32,000 nt of DNA, taken from Pirellula staleyi DSM 6068. GTDB lineage: Bacteria > Planctomycetota > Planctomycetia > Pirellulales > Pirellulaceae. Below, one piece after another: positions 24,649 through 31,609 of this stretch. Positions within the stretch are counted from its first letter, which is position 1. Every line of letters begins with the position of its first letter. The notes under the pieces are model-generated. The model saw nothing but the letters and a program-made list of their open reading frames with translations. It ran no database searches and was not told where the DNA came from. The stretch lies in NCBI GenBank assembly GCA_000025185.1, contig CP001848.1:1680001-1712000 (forward strand). Direction: 5' to 3'. Made by a program: the position numbers and the translations under genes.

Positions 24649-25545
24649 GTGACCAGAACGCCCGAATTCCTGTTATGGTCGATCAGTCGGAAGTGTCCGC
24701 TACGCACCTATCGCAACTGGGACGATCCGCAGCGAACCGAGCGTCATTTGCGAGCTGCGCGGGCCTTTGCCGAGGCGATGGTGGAAGGACGTGTGCTGGG
24801 GGATTTGTGTTTCGATAACGCGGTCGATCCGTGGTCGGTGGCACAGGAAGATGAGCCCCGCGCGTTTCGGATCGAAGCGAGTCTCGCGCATCTCGGGGGG
24901 AGTATTCAGGTCCTCTCGACCTGCGATGAATGCCCCGCGCGAACCCTGGCGGCGGGGAGCAAAAAAATTGCTGCCTCCTGCTATGGCTGGTGGATTTTGC
25001 CCGACGATCCGAGCCCGATTCATCAAACGATCGAGCGCGCCGCGACAGCCGCCAAAGCACTCGACCCCAACGATGCCTGGCCGATGCCGACCTCTCCCTG
25101 CTGGTATGGTGTGTGGCAACAAGGGGTGTTCACGGGGGATCATTTGCCAGCGCTGACGGCGATGCTCGAACAGCAGCGTTTTCCGAGTGAAACGGCGCAG
25201 GCGAGTGCCACGCATCTGGCCGCCGCAGCACGCGTCGCGTTTCTCGAGCGTCTGCCGCTGGTGGTCACTTTGTATCCGCCCGGCCATGTCGAGAATCGGC
25301 TATGGACACTCGATCCTCATTGCCCGCGCTGCCAGGCTCCCTCTAGACACGATCCGGAGCGGTGCGGCGTCTGCGGCTATATCGGCCCAATCACACCGAC
25401 GACGACGTTCAAAGCGCGTGGCTCGCGCCCGTGGCGCCCGCTGTCGCAAGTCGCGCTCCCCGAGGAACGTGCGAAAGTTCGCGAACTGCTCGCTGCACTC
25501 GAAGAAGATCCCGAAGGAAATTCCGACGAGGAATCAAAAGAGTAA
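24649..25545 (+). CDS. Hypothetical Cys-containing protein with C-terminal CxxC-X10-CxxC zinc-ribbon-like motif
   Basis: GTG start at 24649 with AGGAG 9 nt upstream. 298 aa with G/C-ending codon preference like neighbouring genes. CDEC at aa 92-95, HCPRCQAPSRHDPERCGVCGY at aa 224-243 (nt 25321-25374), and an acidic tail EEDPEGNSDEESKE. I recognise no family. Confidence 0.65.
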   Translation: MTRTPEFLLWSISRKCPLRTYRNWDDPQRTERHLRAARAFAEAMVEGRVLGDLCFDNAVDPWSVAQEDEPRAFRIEASLAHLGGSIQVLSTCDECPARTLAAGSKKIAASCYGWWILPDDPSPIHQTIERAATAAKALDPNDAWPMPTSPCWYGVWQQGVFTGDHLPALTAMLEQQRFPSETAQASATHLAAAARVAFLERLPLVVTLYPPGHVENRLWTLDPHCPRCQAPSRHDPERCGVCGYIGPITPTTTFKARGSRPWRPLSQVALPEERAKVRELLAALEEDPEGNSDEESKE

Positions 25546-25565
25546 AGCGAGCTTCAGACGCCCGT

Positions 25566-25594
25566 GTGCCACTGGGCTCTGCCCAGTGCGAAGT
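25566..25594. repeat. Palindromic element copy A (8-bp stem hairpin CACTGGGC-tct-GCCCAGTG with flanks)
   Basis: gTGCCACTGGGCTCTGCCCAGTGCGAAGT. The hairpin core is 25570-25588. Confidence 0.8.
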
Positions 25595-25645
25595 GTAGAT
25601 GGACGCTACGATCTTAGGCAGATTTCGCCCAAAGCATCGGTTCCA

Positions 25646-25675
25646 ACTTCTGCACTGGCGAGACGCCAGTGGCAC
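25646..25675. repeat. Palindromic element copy B, an inverted copy of A (hairpin CACTGGCG-aga-CGCCAGTG)
   Basis: The reverse complement of 25646-25675 is gTGCCACTGGCGTCTCGCCAGTGCAGAAGT. It differs from copy A by a GC->CG swap on both stem arms (pairing kept) and one extra A. The hairpin core is 25653-25671. Confidence 0.8.
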
Positions 25676-25701
25676 CCAAAAACACCTGACATGGGTCGAT
25701 A

Positions 25702-25804
25702 CACGAAGTACTAATTCTCTTCGTGCACTCGGTGCTCTTCGTGGTGCAAGATTACCACGAAGGACACGAAAGACACGAAGTAGTTTTGGCTTTGCAGCTT
25801 CGTA
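25702..25804. repeat. Cluster of seven CACGAAG / CTTCGTG motifs forming nested hairpins
   Basis: CACGAAG at 25702, 25756 and 25774; CACGAAA at 25765; CTTCGTG at 25719 and 25737; CTTCGTA at 25798. The best hairpin is CTTCGTGGT-gcaagatt-ACCACGAAG at 25737-25762 (9 bp). The cluster lies between the convergent hypothetical gene and panB. Confidence 0.75.
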
Positions 25805-25864
25805 GGTCCGGTTCCACCGGACAAGAATTGCGGGCTTGTTTGTACTGAGGATTACCGTGGGCGT

Positions 25865-26668
25865 TTACTTATCGAACTGCTGTTCGGGACCGGGGAACTG
25901 ACCACTCCGGACATCTTCGCGGTATGCCACCACCGCATCGGCAATCGTTTGCTGCAGATGGGCATATTGCTTGACGAAGCGCGGCACATAGCCGTGCGTG
26001 AGTCCCAGCAGATCGTGTAGCACCAGCACCTGTCCATCGCACTGATTGCCAGCGCCAATCCCGATCGTCGGGACACGGAGCTTAGAGGTGATCTCCGCCG
26101 CCAGCGGAGCCGGAATGCATTCGAGCAGTACCGAGAACGCGCCTGCCTCCTGGGCCGAGAGAGCATCGTGGATCAAACGCTCGGCATCGCGCTGCACTTT
26201 ATAGCCCCCCATGGTGTGGACACTTTGCGGGCGGAGTCCCACATGGGCCATCACCGGGATGCCAGCCGAAACCAGACCGGCAATCACGTCGGCTTGTTCG
26301 GCCCCCCCTTCGAGTTTCACAGCCTGACAGCGAGTCTCTTTGATGATCCGCGAGGCATTTTCAATCGCCCGATGCACCCCGAGCAAATTGGTCGGAAACG
26401 GCATGTCGACAATCACCAGCGCATGCTGCACAGCGCGGCCGACCATCTCGGCATGGTAGATCATTTGATCGAGCGTCACAGGCAATGTGGTGTCGTGCCC
26501 CTGCACCACCATCGACATGCTGTCGCCCACTAGAATTGCTTCGATCCCCGCGCCGTCGAGCAAGGCAGCCATCGAGTAGTCGTAGGCGGTCAGCATGCTG
26601 ATCTTGCGACCAGATGCCTTGAAGCTGACGAATTCAGGAACGGTGACGCGGGATGCTCGTTTGGCCAT
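25865..26668 (-). CDS. panB: 3-methyl-2-oxobutanoate hydroxymethyltransferase
   Basis: ORF 25865..27139 trimmed to ATG 26668-26666 (MAKRASRVTVPEF...), giving 267 aa, the typical PanB size. Motifs present: MLTAYDY, VGDSMSMVVQGHDTTLPVTLDQMIYH, DMPF, VKLEGG, HVGLRPQSV. The upstream 157 codons overlap the lnt start region and look non-coding. Confidence 0.93.
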   Translation of the reverse strand: MAKRASRVTVPEFVSFKASGRKISMLTAYDYSMAALLDGAGIEAILVGDSMSMVVQGHDTTLPVTLDQMIYHAEMVGRAVQHALVIVDMPFPTNLLGVHRAIENASRIIKETRCQAVKLEGGAEQADVIAGLVSAGIPVMAHVGLRPQSVHTMGGYKVQRDAERLIHDALSAQEAGAFSVLLECIPAPLAAEITSKLRVPTIGIGAGNQCDGQVLVLHDLLGLTHGYVPRFVKQYAHLQQTIADAVVAYREDVRSGQFPGPEQQFDK

Positions 26669-26968
26669 GTCGGAGTTCGTTGTGCGTGGGGAGAGTCGTC
26701 GCGATCCCGGCAGGCTGGGGAGCGCCACGTTGAAGTCGTGCCAGGGTCTATCATAGCTCGCGCCCTCTCGCGGATGTGATGCTCTGAAGCATTGCAGCGC
26801 TCTTTTTCTGCTACACTTTTGCCCGTTAAGAGCGCCCGTTGCAAACGCCCACTGCGAGGCAGCCACTCGAGGGTTGCCAGGAGGAGAGCTTCGCGCGGGA
26901 AAAAGTTCGCGCAGGCACTGACGGATCGCTCGATCGAGGAGCGGGGCGATGAGGGAAGTTGGGCTACC

Positions 26969-28765
26969 ATGGAGGCGGGACTGAACGTGAACAGCAGCGC
27001 GGAGCGTGAACCACGACAGCGTGCCTCGGGGCGAGCCACCGGCAGCAGCACTGTGGATAAAGGTGGCGACAAGCGTAGTGACAATAGTGGCGACAAGCAG
27101 ACGCGCGATCGCAGCGCGGTGCTTCTCGGCCACTGGCAAACGCTGCTGGTGGCGCTGCTCGGGAGTTTGCTCCTCTATCTGGCGTTTCCTCCTGCGCGGC
27201 TCGGCCTACTAGCCTGGGTGGCCCCCCTTCCCTGGCTCTGGCTTGTCGCTCAGCCGACACTCGCCGCACGTCGACCTTATCTGGCGATTTACCTCGCGTC
27301 GTGGGTCTTTTGGCTCGCGCTACTGCAAGGAATTCGTCTGGCGCATCCGGCACTGATCCTCGGCTGGATTGCACTGGCAGCTTATCTCGCCGCTTACTTG
27401 CCGCTGTTCGTGGCGATCACGCGTCAGGCGGTTCACACGTACAAGATTCCGCTGATCGTGGCCGCGCCGATAGTGTGGGTCGGACTCGAACTGGTTCGCG
27501 GCCGGATGATCAGTGGCTTCTCGCTCGGGGGACTTGCGAACTCGCAAACCGAGTGGGTCACGCTGCTGCAAATCTGCGACCTGGCCGGGGCGTATGGATT
27601 GAGCGCGCTGATGATGATCACGTCTTCGGCGATCCTCGCACTGATGCAAACCGAGCGGTCGAGACTCGCGCGGGTGATTGAGCCGGTAGTGGCGGTGGCG
27701 CTTATCGGCGGCGCGCTGCTGTATGGACAAGCCCGACTCCGCGCGCCGGAATCGGAGGAGACGATTCTTTCGGCAGCGCTCATTCAAGGTTCGCTCGACA
27801 CCGTGTTTGAAGTGAGCCCCGAGCGCGTGCGCGAGACGATCACCACCTATGCGCGACTGACCAGCGAGGCCCGCGCTTCGATCGGCGATCTCGATTTGGT
27901 GATCTGGCCCGAATCGATGTTTCCGATCCCTCGGTTTGATATCGAAGAGCCTCTGGAAGATGATCGCGAAAGTGGGCTAACGAAAGAGCAACTCCGATTG
28001 CGACTCGAGGAGATGAATCGTCAGTTCGATAGTGTGGTGCGTGATGCGGTGGCAAGTCTCAACAGCGAGGCGAATGCTTCGCGACCGACGCTGCTGCTGC
28101 TGGGGACCAACGTGATTCAGTATGGTCCAGGGCCGACGAAGATTTTTAATAGCGCCATGCTGTTCGATCCGCAGGGGACCCGGATCGCTCGCTACGACAA
28201 GATGCACCCGGTGATGTTTGGAGAGTACGTTCCGCTGACCGACCTGTTTCCGTTCCTATATGACCTGACACCGATGGCGGGTGGCTTGTCGGCGGGGGAG
28301 GGTCCGGTGATGTTCGAGGTGGGGGAGGCGAAGCTATCGCCGAGCATTTGTTTCGAGAGTACGGTCCCTCATCTGCTGCGCACGCAAACAGCGCAACTAG
28401 TTGCGCAGCGCGCGCGCCCCGATTGTCTGGTAAACATCACAAACGATGGCTGGTTCTGGGGTTCCAGCTTGCTCGACATGCACCTGCATTGCGCGGTGTT
28501 GCGCGCGGTGGAAAACCGCCGGCCGATGCTGGTAGCCGCCAACACAGGCTTCTCGGCATCGATCGATGGCCGGGGTCGGCTTTTGGAGAGAGGCCCCCGA
28601 CGTGCCGAGCGGATCATCCACGCCCAGGTGCGCCGCGAGAGTCTCACCAGTCCCTACCACACTGTGGGGGACCTCCCCGCCGTGGTTTGTGCGGCACTAG
28701 CGTGGCTGATTGCGATCTCTCAGCAGGTGGGAGAGTTCTGGCAACTGCTCAAACGCCGAAACTGA
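26969..28765 (+). CDS. lnt: Apolipoprotein N-acyltransferase
   Basis: ORF 26792..28765. First ATG taken at 26969; the start is uncertain, and an in-frame GTG at 27117 lies just before the first TM helix. Multiple N-terminal TM helices are followed by a CN-hydrolase domain with VIWPES (Glu), RYDKMHPVMFGEYVP (Lys) and SPSICFES (catalytic Cys). Confidence 0.9.
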   Translation: MEAGLNVNSSAEREPRQRASGRATGSSTVDKGGDKRSDNSGDKQTRDRSAVLLGHWQTLLVALLGSLLLYLAFPPARLGLLAWVAPLPWLWLVAQPTLAARRPYLAIYLASWVFWLALLQGIRLAHPALILGWIALAAYLAAYLPLFVAITRQAVHTYKIPLIVAAPIVWVGLELVRGRMISGFSLGGLANSQTEWVTLLQICDLAGAYGLSALMMITSSAILALMQTERSRLARVIEPVVAVALIGGALLYGQARLRAPESEETILSAALIQGSLDTVFEVSPERVRETITTYARLTSEARASIGDLDLVIWPESMFPIPRFDIEEPLEDDRESGLTKEQLRLRLEEMNRQFDSVVRDAVASLNSEANASRPTLLLLGTNVIQYGPGPTKIFNSAMLFDPQGTRIARYDKMHPVMFGEYVPLTDLFPFLYDLTPMAGGLSAGEGPVMFEVGEAKLSPSICFESTVPHLLRTQTAQLVAQRARPDCLVNITNDGWFWGSSLLDMHLHCAVLRAVENRRPMLVAANTGFSASIDGRGRLLERGPRRAERIIHAQVRRESLTSPYHTVGDLPAVVCAALAWLIAISQQVGEFWQLLKRRN

Positions 28766-29128
28766 TTGTGATGCTGGAACTGGGCCGCCGGAAATAGCAG
28801 CGGCAAACTTCGGGAAAAATGTCCGAATTCCGCTGGTAACGAACCACCCTGTCCCCGGCCATCGTAAGTTAGAGGTGGAGCGGGAAGGTTTTCTTTCCGA
28901 TTCTGGGAACTATTTCGCCGGGCGGTTCTCGCCCTGTAGCCGCCGAATTTCCCGGCTCCGTCACCGATGGGGTAGTGCCGGTTAGTTTGCTCAAGATCGC
29001 CCACTTGGCGTAGGAAAACTTGGCTCGCGAGGCAAGTTGGGGCCGTTTTCGAGATTCTTCGGAGTCTGGTTTGAACCGCACAGAACTCGACCTAAACTTC
29101 CTAGCCAACCGAATTTGAACTCGTTTCG

Positions 29129-29158
29129 TTGACTTTTCATTTCAGCGGAAATTATACT
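29129..29158 (+). promoter_or_regulatory. Near-consensus sigma70-type promoter TTGACT-18-TATACT
   Basis: TTGACT at 29129-29134, an 18-nt spacer, and TATACT at 29153-29158, in an AT-richer patch about 200 nt upstream of the 29355 CDS. Confidence 0.45.
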
Positions 29159-29354
29159 GAAGCGACACTTTTGCCTATTCTCCTCTCAAAGTGAAACGCC
29201 TGCGGACACTTTGCCGCTTGAGTGAAAGCTCGAGCTGGTAAGGATCGTTCTGCCGATTCGCGTTTCGGCTGCTTGTTAGTCTGGTGTGCGGACTGAGCGG
29301 CGGTAGAGGGCTAGTAGTGCTTCGTATACCCTTCCAACCAAGGTAGCGGTAGCC

Positions 29355-30209
29355 ATGACGCTCGTCGGGAAAATCTTCACCGTTCTGATTTTCATCATGA
29401 GCCTCGTGTTCATGTCGTTGTCGCTGATGACCTTTGCGACACATCGCAATTGGAAAGAATTTGCGACCAACGCCTCTCCAGGACCGGGGCAAAAGCTGGG
29501 GCTGATGCAGCGCCTGCAACAGGCCCAGGATCTGAACAAACAACTCACCAGCGAACGGGATCGCATCCTGTTTCAGCTGGCTCAAGAACGCGCTTCACGC
29601 AAAACAGCTCTCGCTGCCATGCAAACGCGTTTGGTCGCTGCCGAATCGGCCCTCGCTGCTCGTCAAAAAGCACTCGACGATCTGACCGCCACCCACAACA
29701 CCACGGCCGAAGCTGCTAAGACTGCGCAGGAACGCCTCACCGCCCTCGAAATGGAAGTGCAAGGCTTGCGCGATGAAGTCCGCGTCACGCAGCAAGATCT
29801 CGACAAGAAGTTCGGCGAAGTGGTCACCCTCACCGATCAGCTGAATCAATCGACCGGCCTCAAGCTTCGTCTCGAAGAACGCAACACGCAGCTCGCCCTG
29901 CAAGTCACCCGCATGAAGATGGTGATGGATGCCAAGGGTCTGACTGAAGACGCTCTCGTCTCGCACATCCCGCCGCAAGTCGAAGGTGTTGTGCTCGCCG
30001 TGAGTGACAAGGATCTGATCGAGATCTCGCTCGGAGCCGACGATGGCCTGAAGGAAGGTCACGTGATGGAAGTGTTCCGTGGCAACACCTACCTGGGACG
30101 CGTTATCATCCGCCGCACCGCTCCTGATCGAGCCGTCGCCCAGATCGTCAAGGAACTCCAGCGAGGCCAGATTAAGAAGGGCGACAATGTCTCTACCAAG
30201 CTCGGCTAG
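29355..30209 (+). CDS. Membrane-anchored coiled-coil protein with small C-terminal beta-domain (hypothetical)
   Basis: ATG 29355. N-terminal TM helix MTLVGKIFTVLIFIMSLVFMSLSLMTF, then ~170 aa of heptad-like Q/E/L/A/R-rich sequence. The C-terminal part is EGVVLAVSDKDLIEISLGADDGLKEGHVMEVFRGNTYLGRVIIRRTAPDRAVAQIV...IKKGDNV. The overall TM + coiled-coil + beta layout loosely recalls periplasmic adaptor (HlyD-like) proteins, by pattern only. Confidence 0.8.
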   Translation: MTLVGKIFTVLIFIMSLVFMSLSLMTFATHRNWKEFATNASPGPGQKLGLMQRLQQAQDLNKQLTSERDRILFQLAQERASRKTALAAMQTRLVAAESALAARQKALDDLTATHNTTAEAAKTAQERLTALEMEVQGLRDEVRVTQQDLDKKFGEVVTLTDQLNQSTGLKLRLEERNTQLALQVTRMKMVMDAKGLTEDALVSHIPPQVEGVVLAVSDKDLIEISLGADDGLKEGHVMEVFRGNTYLGRVIIRRTAPDRAVAQIVKELQRGQIKKGDNVSTKLG

Positions 30210-30381
30210 TCCTTCGTATCAGCCTACGGAAAAGCCCGAAACCAACATCTTCACGATCATGCTGTTGCTGTCGTTCGTGGCGCTGGTTACCGGCTGTGTG
30301 CTGATGCATCTCGAACTGCAACGCTTCGGTCCCGAGTATCCGTTTTGGAAAACTCCTCCGGTGCCGCAGGTCGTGCGCTAA
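30187..30381 (+). CDS. Small single-TM protein, 64 aa (paralogue 1)
   Basis: ATG 30187 sits inside the last 23 nt of the upstream CDS in a different frame, with GAAGGG 7 nt upstream. Sequence: MSLPSSASPSYQPTEKPETNIFTIMLLLSFVALVTGCVLMHLELQRFGPEYPFWKTPPVPQVVR. G/C-ending codons dominate in the TM part. It is a paralogue of the next small ORF. Confidence 0.55.
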   Translation: MSLPSSASPSYQPTEKPETNIFTIMLLLSFVALVTGCVLMHLELQRFGPEYPFWKTPPVPQVVR

Positions 30382-30458
30382 GCGTCTGCTCTCCATCGGT
30401 ACGACTCCGCTTGCTTGTTCGCGATTCGTTGTCCGCTACTTTCATCGAGACCATCGAC

Positions 30459-30635
30459 ATGGCCACTGCCAACAACGAATCGACACCAAAGACCAAGGAA
30501 CGAACGAATCCCTACACCGTGGTGCTGGGACTCACGCTGCTGGCCATCACGCTCGCCTGCATTGCACTGGTGATCGAACTACGTCAGTATGGTAACTTCC
30601 CATTCGAACTAGTGTGGAAGACCCCGAAAATCTAG
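30459..30635 (+). CDS. Small single-TM protein, 58 aa (paralogue 2)
   Basis: ATG 30459. Sequence: MATANNESTPKTKERTNPYTVVLGLTLLAITLACIALVIELRQYGNFPFELVWKTPKI. It aligns with paralogue 1 on TN.[FY]T, the single Cys in the helix, EL..[FY]G, PF and WKTP. G/C-ending codon bias is present but the SD is weak. Confidence 0.55.
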   Translation: MATANNESTPKTKERTNPYTVVLGLTLLAITLACIALVIELRQYGNFPFELVWKTPKI

Positions 30636-30677
30636 TCGGCCGGTCTGCTCTTTAAGCCCACGGAGCGGGGCACTTCT

Positions 30678-31349
30678 TTGCGGCACTACTCGCTAGCGGC
30701 ATCAGGATTCGAGTTAGTTACCGGCGCAATCGCTCGAGCCCGCTGCGCCGAGATTGCTCACTTGCTCGACGAGCGCGACAGCATTTCGCTCGGCTCGCGG
30801 CGTTTACTCGACCAGCCCTGGTGCCGCGAACTGGCCGTAGATTTGCGACGCCATCCACGCATCGCCGCGCTCATTCCAGAAGCGTGGGTTGTCGCGCAGT
30901 GCACCTTGTTCGAGAAATCGCGTGCGACCAATTGGCTCGTGCCGCTGCATCAGGACCTTAGTATTCCTGTGCGCGAGCGGGTCGAACATCCGGAACTCTC
31001 AGGCTGGTCGATCAAAGAGGAAGGCCACTTTGTACAGCCTCCCGCCGAGCTTCTTGCCATGCTGGTGGCGGTGCGATTGCATATCGACCCCTGCGACCAG
31101 CAGGATGGTCCGCTGCGCGTGGTTCCCGATTCTCATCGCGCTGGAAAGCTCTCGCCTGAAGCCTCCGCCGAGCTTCGAAATCGCTCGGGAGAAACGAGTT
31201 GCATCGCCGAGGCTGGTGATGCACTCCTGCTGCGGCCTCTCCTCCTGCATGCGTCGTCGAAAGCGACCGGCAGCAGTCAGCGGCGCGTTCTGCACTTTTT
31301 GTGGGGGCCACCAGCGCTCACGTGCGGGCTTTCTTGGCCTGCCAGCTGA
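30678..31349 (+). CDS. Phytanoyl-CoA dioxygenase (PhyH) family Fe(II)/2-oxoglutarate oxygenase
   Basis: TTG start at 30678 (GGAG 11 nt upstream; no in-frame ATG nearby). LVPLHQDLSIPV provides the H-x-D of the facial triad. HIDPCDQQDGPLRVVPDSH and LLLRPLLLHASSKA provide the distal His. 223 aa. Confidence 0.75.
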   Translation: MRHYSLAASGFELVTGAIARARCAEIAHLLDERDSISLGSRRLLDQPWCRELAVDLRRHPRIAALIPEAWVVAQCTLFEKSRATNWLVPLHQDLSIPVRERVEHPELSGWSIKEEGHFVQPPAELLAMLVAVRLHIDPCDQQDGPLRVVPDSHRAGKLSPEASAELRNRSGETSCIAEAGDALLLRPLLLHASSKATGSSQRRVLHFLWGPPALTCGLSWPAS

Positions 31350-31361
31350 AAGATCGGCCAA

Positions 31362-31396
31362 GTTCGGCCCCTTTCACTTCTGTCTGCCGGCCGAAC
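31362..31396 (+). terminator. Weak hairpin after the PhyH gene
   Basis: GTTCGGCC (31362-31369) pairs with GGCCGAAC (31389-31396) across a 19-nt loop, followed by gccagTTTCTAGTT. It is a poor intrinsic terminator. Confidence 0.25.
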
Positions 31397-31609
31397 GCCA
31401 GTTTCTAGTTAACTTGCGCGACCATTTGCCAGTTTATCCCGTAGTCCAGTGGCCACGACGAGTCAGTCGCGGATATTCGAGCGCATCTCATTTTTTGTAG
31501 CGGCCATTTCGTCAATCTCCACGAGGATTGCAAGCGTCACGCACGCCACCCGTCCGTGCGACACGCATGGGGTTTTCGTAACATCGCCGAGCGAGCAGAG
31601 TCTCAGCCC

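Noticed and set aside
25187-25714. 175-aa plus-strand ORF spanning the end of the Cys-rich gene and the hairpin region
   Set aside because: It overlaps a better-supported CDS out of frame. It then runs through palindromic repeat elements, and its product is Arg/Ser-rich.
26669-27139. 157-codon upstream extension of the panB ORF, overlapping the lnt start on the opposite strand
   Set aside because: PanB homologues are ~265 aa, and the conserved sequence begins right after M158. The extension is low-complexity and would overlap the divergent lnt gene and promoter region.
29060-29085. tRNA-like T-loop string GGTTTGAACC
   Set aside because: I could not assemble a matching acceptor stem, D-arm or anticodon arm in the flanking ~80 nt on either strand.
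28720-29108. Small minus-strand ORFs (94 aa and 79 aa, the latter with a TTG start) in the lnt-downstream spacer
   Set aside because: They have non-ATG or poor starts and no SD, and their products are basic and low-complexity. The region is better explained as intergenic and promoter DNA.
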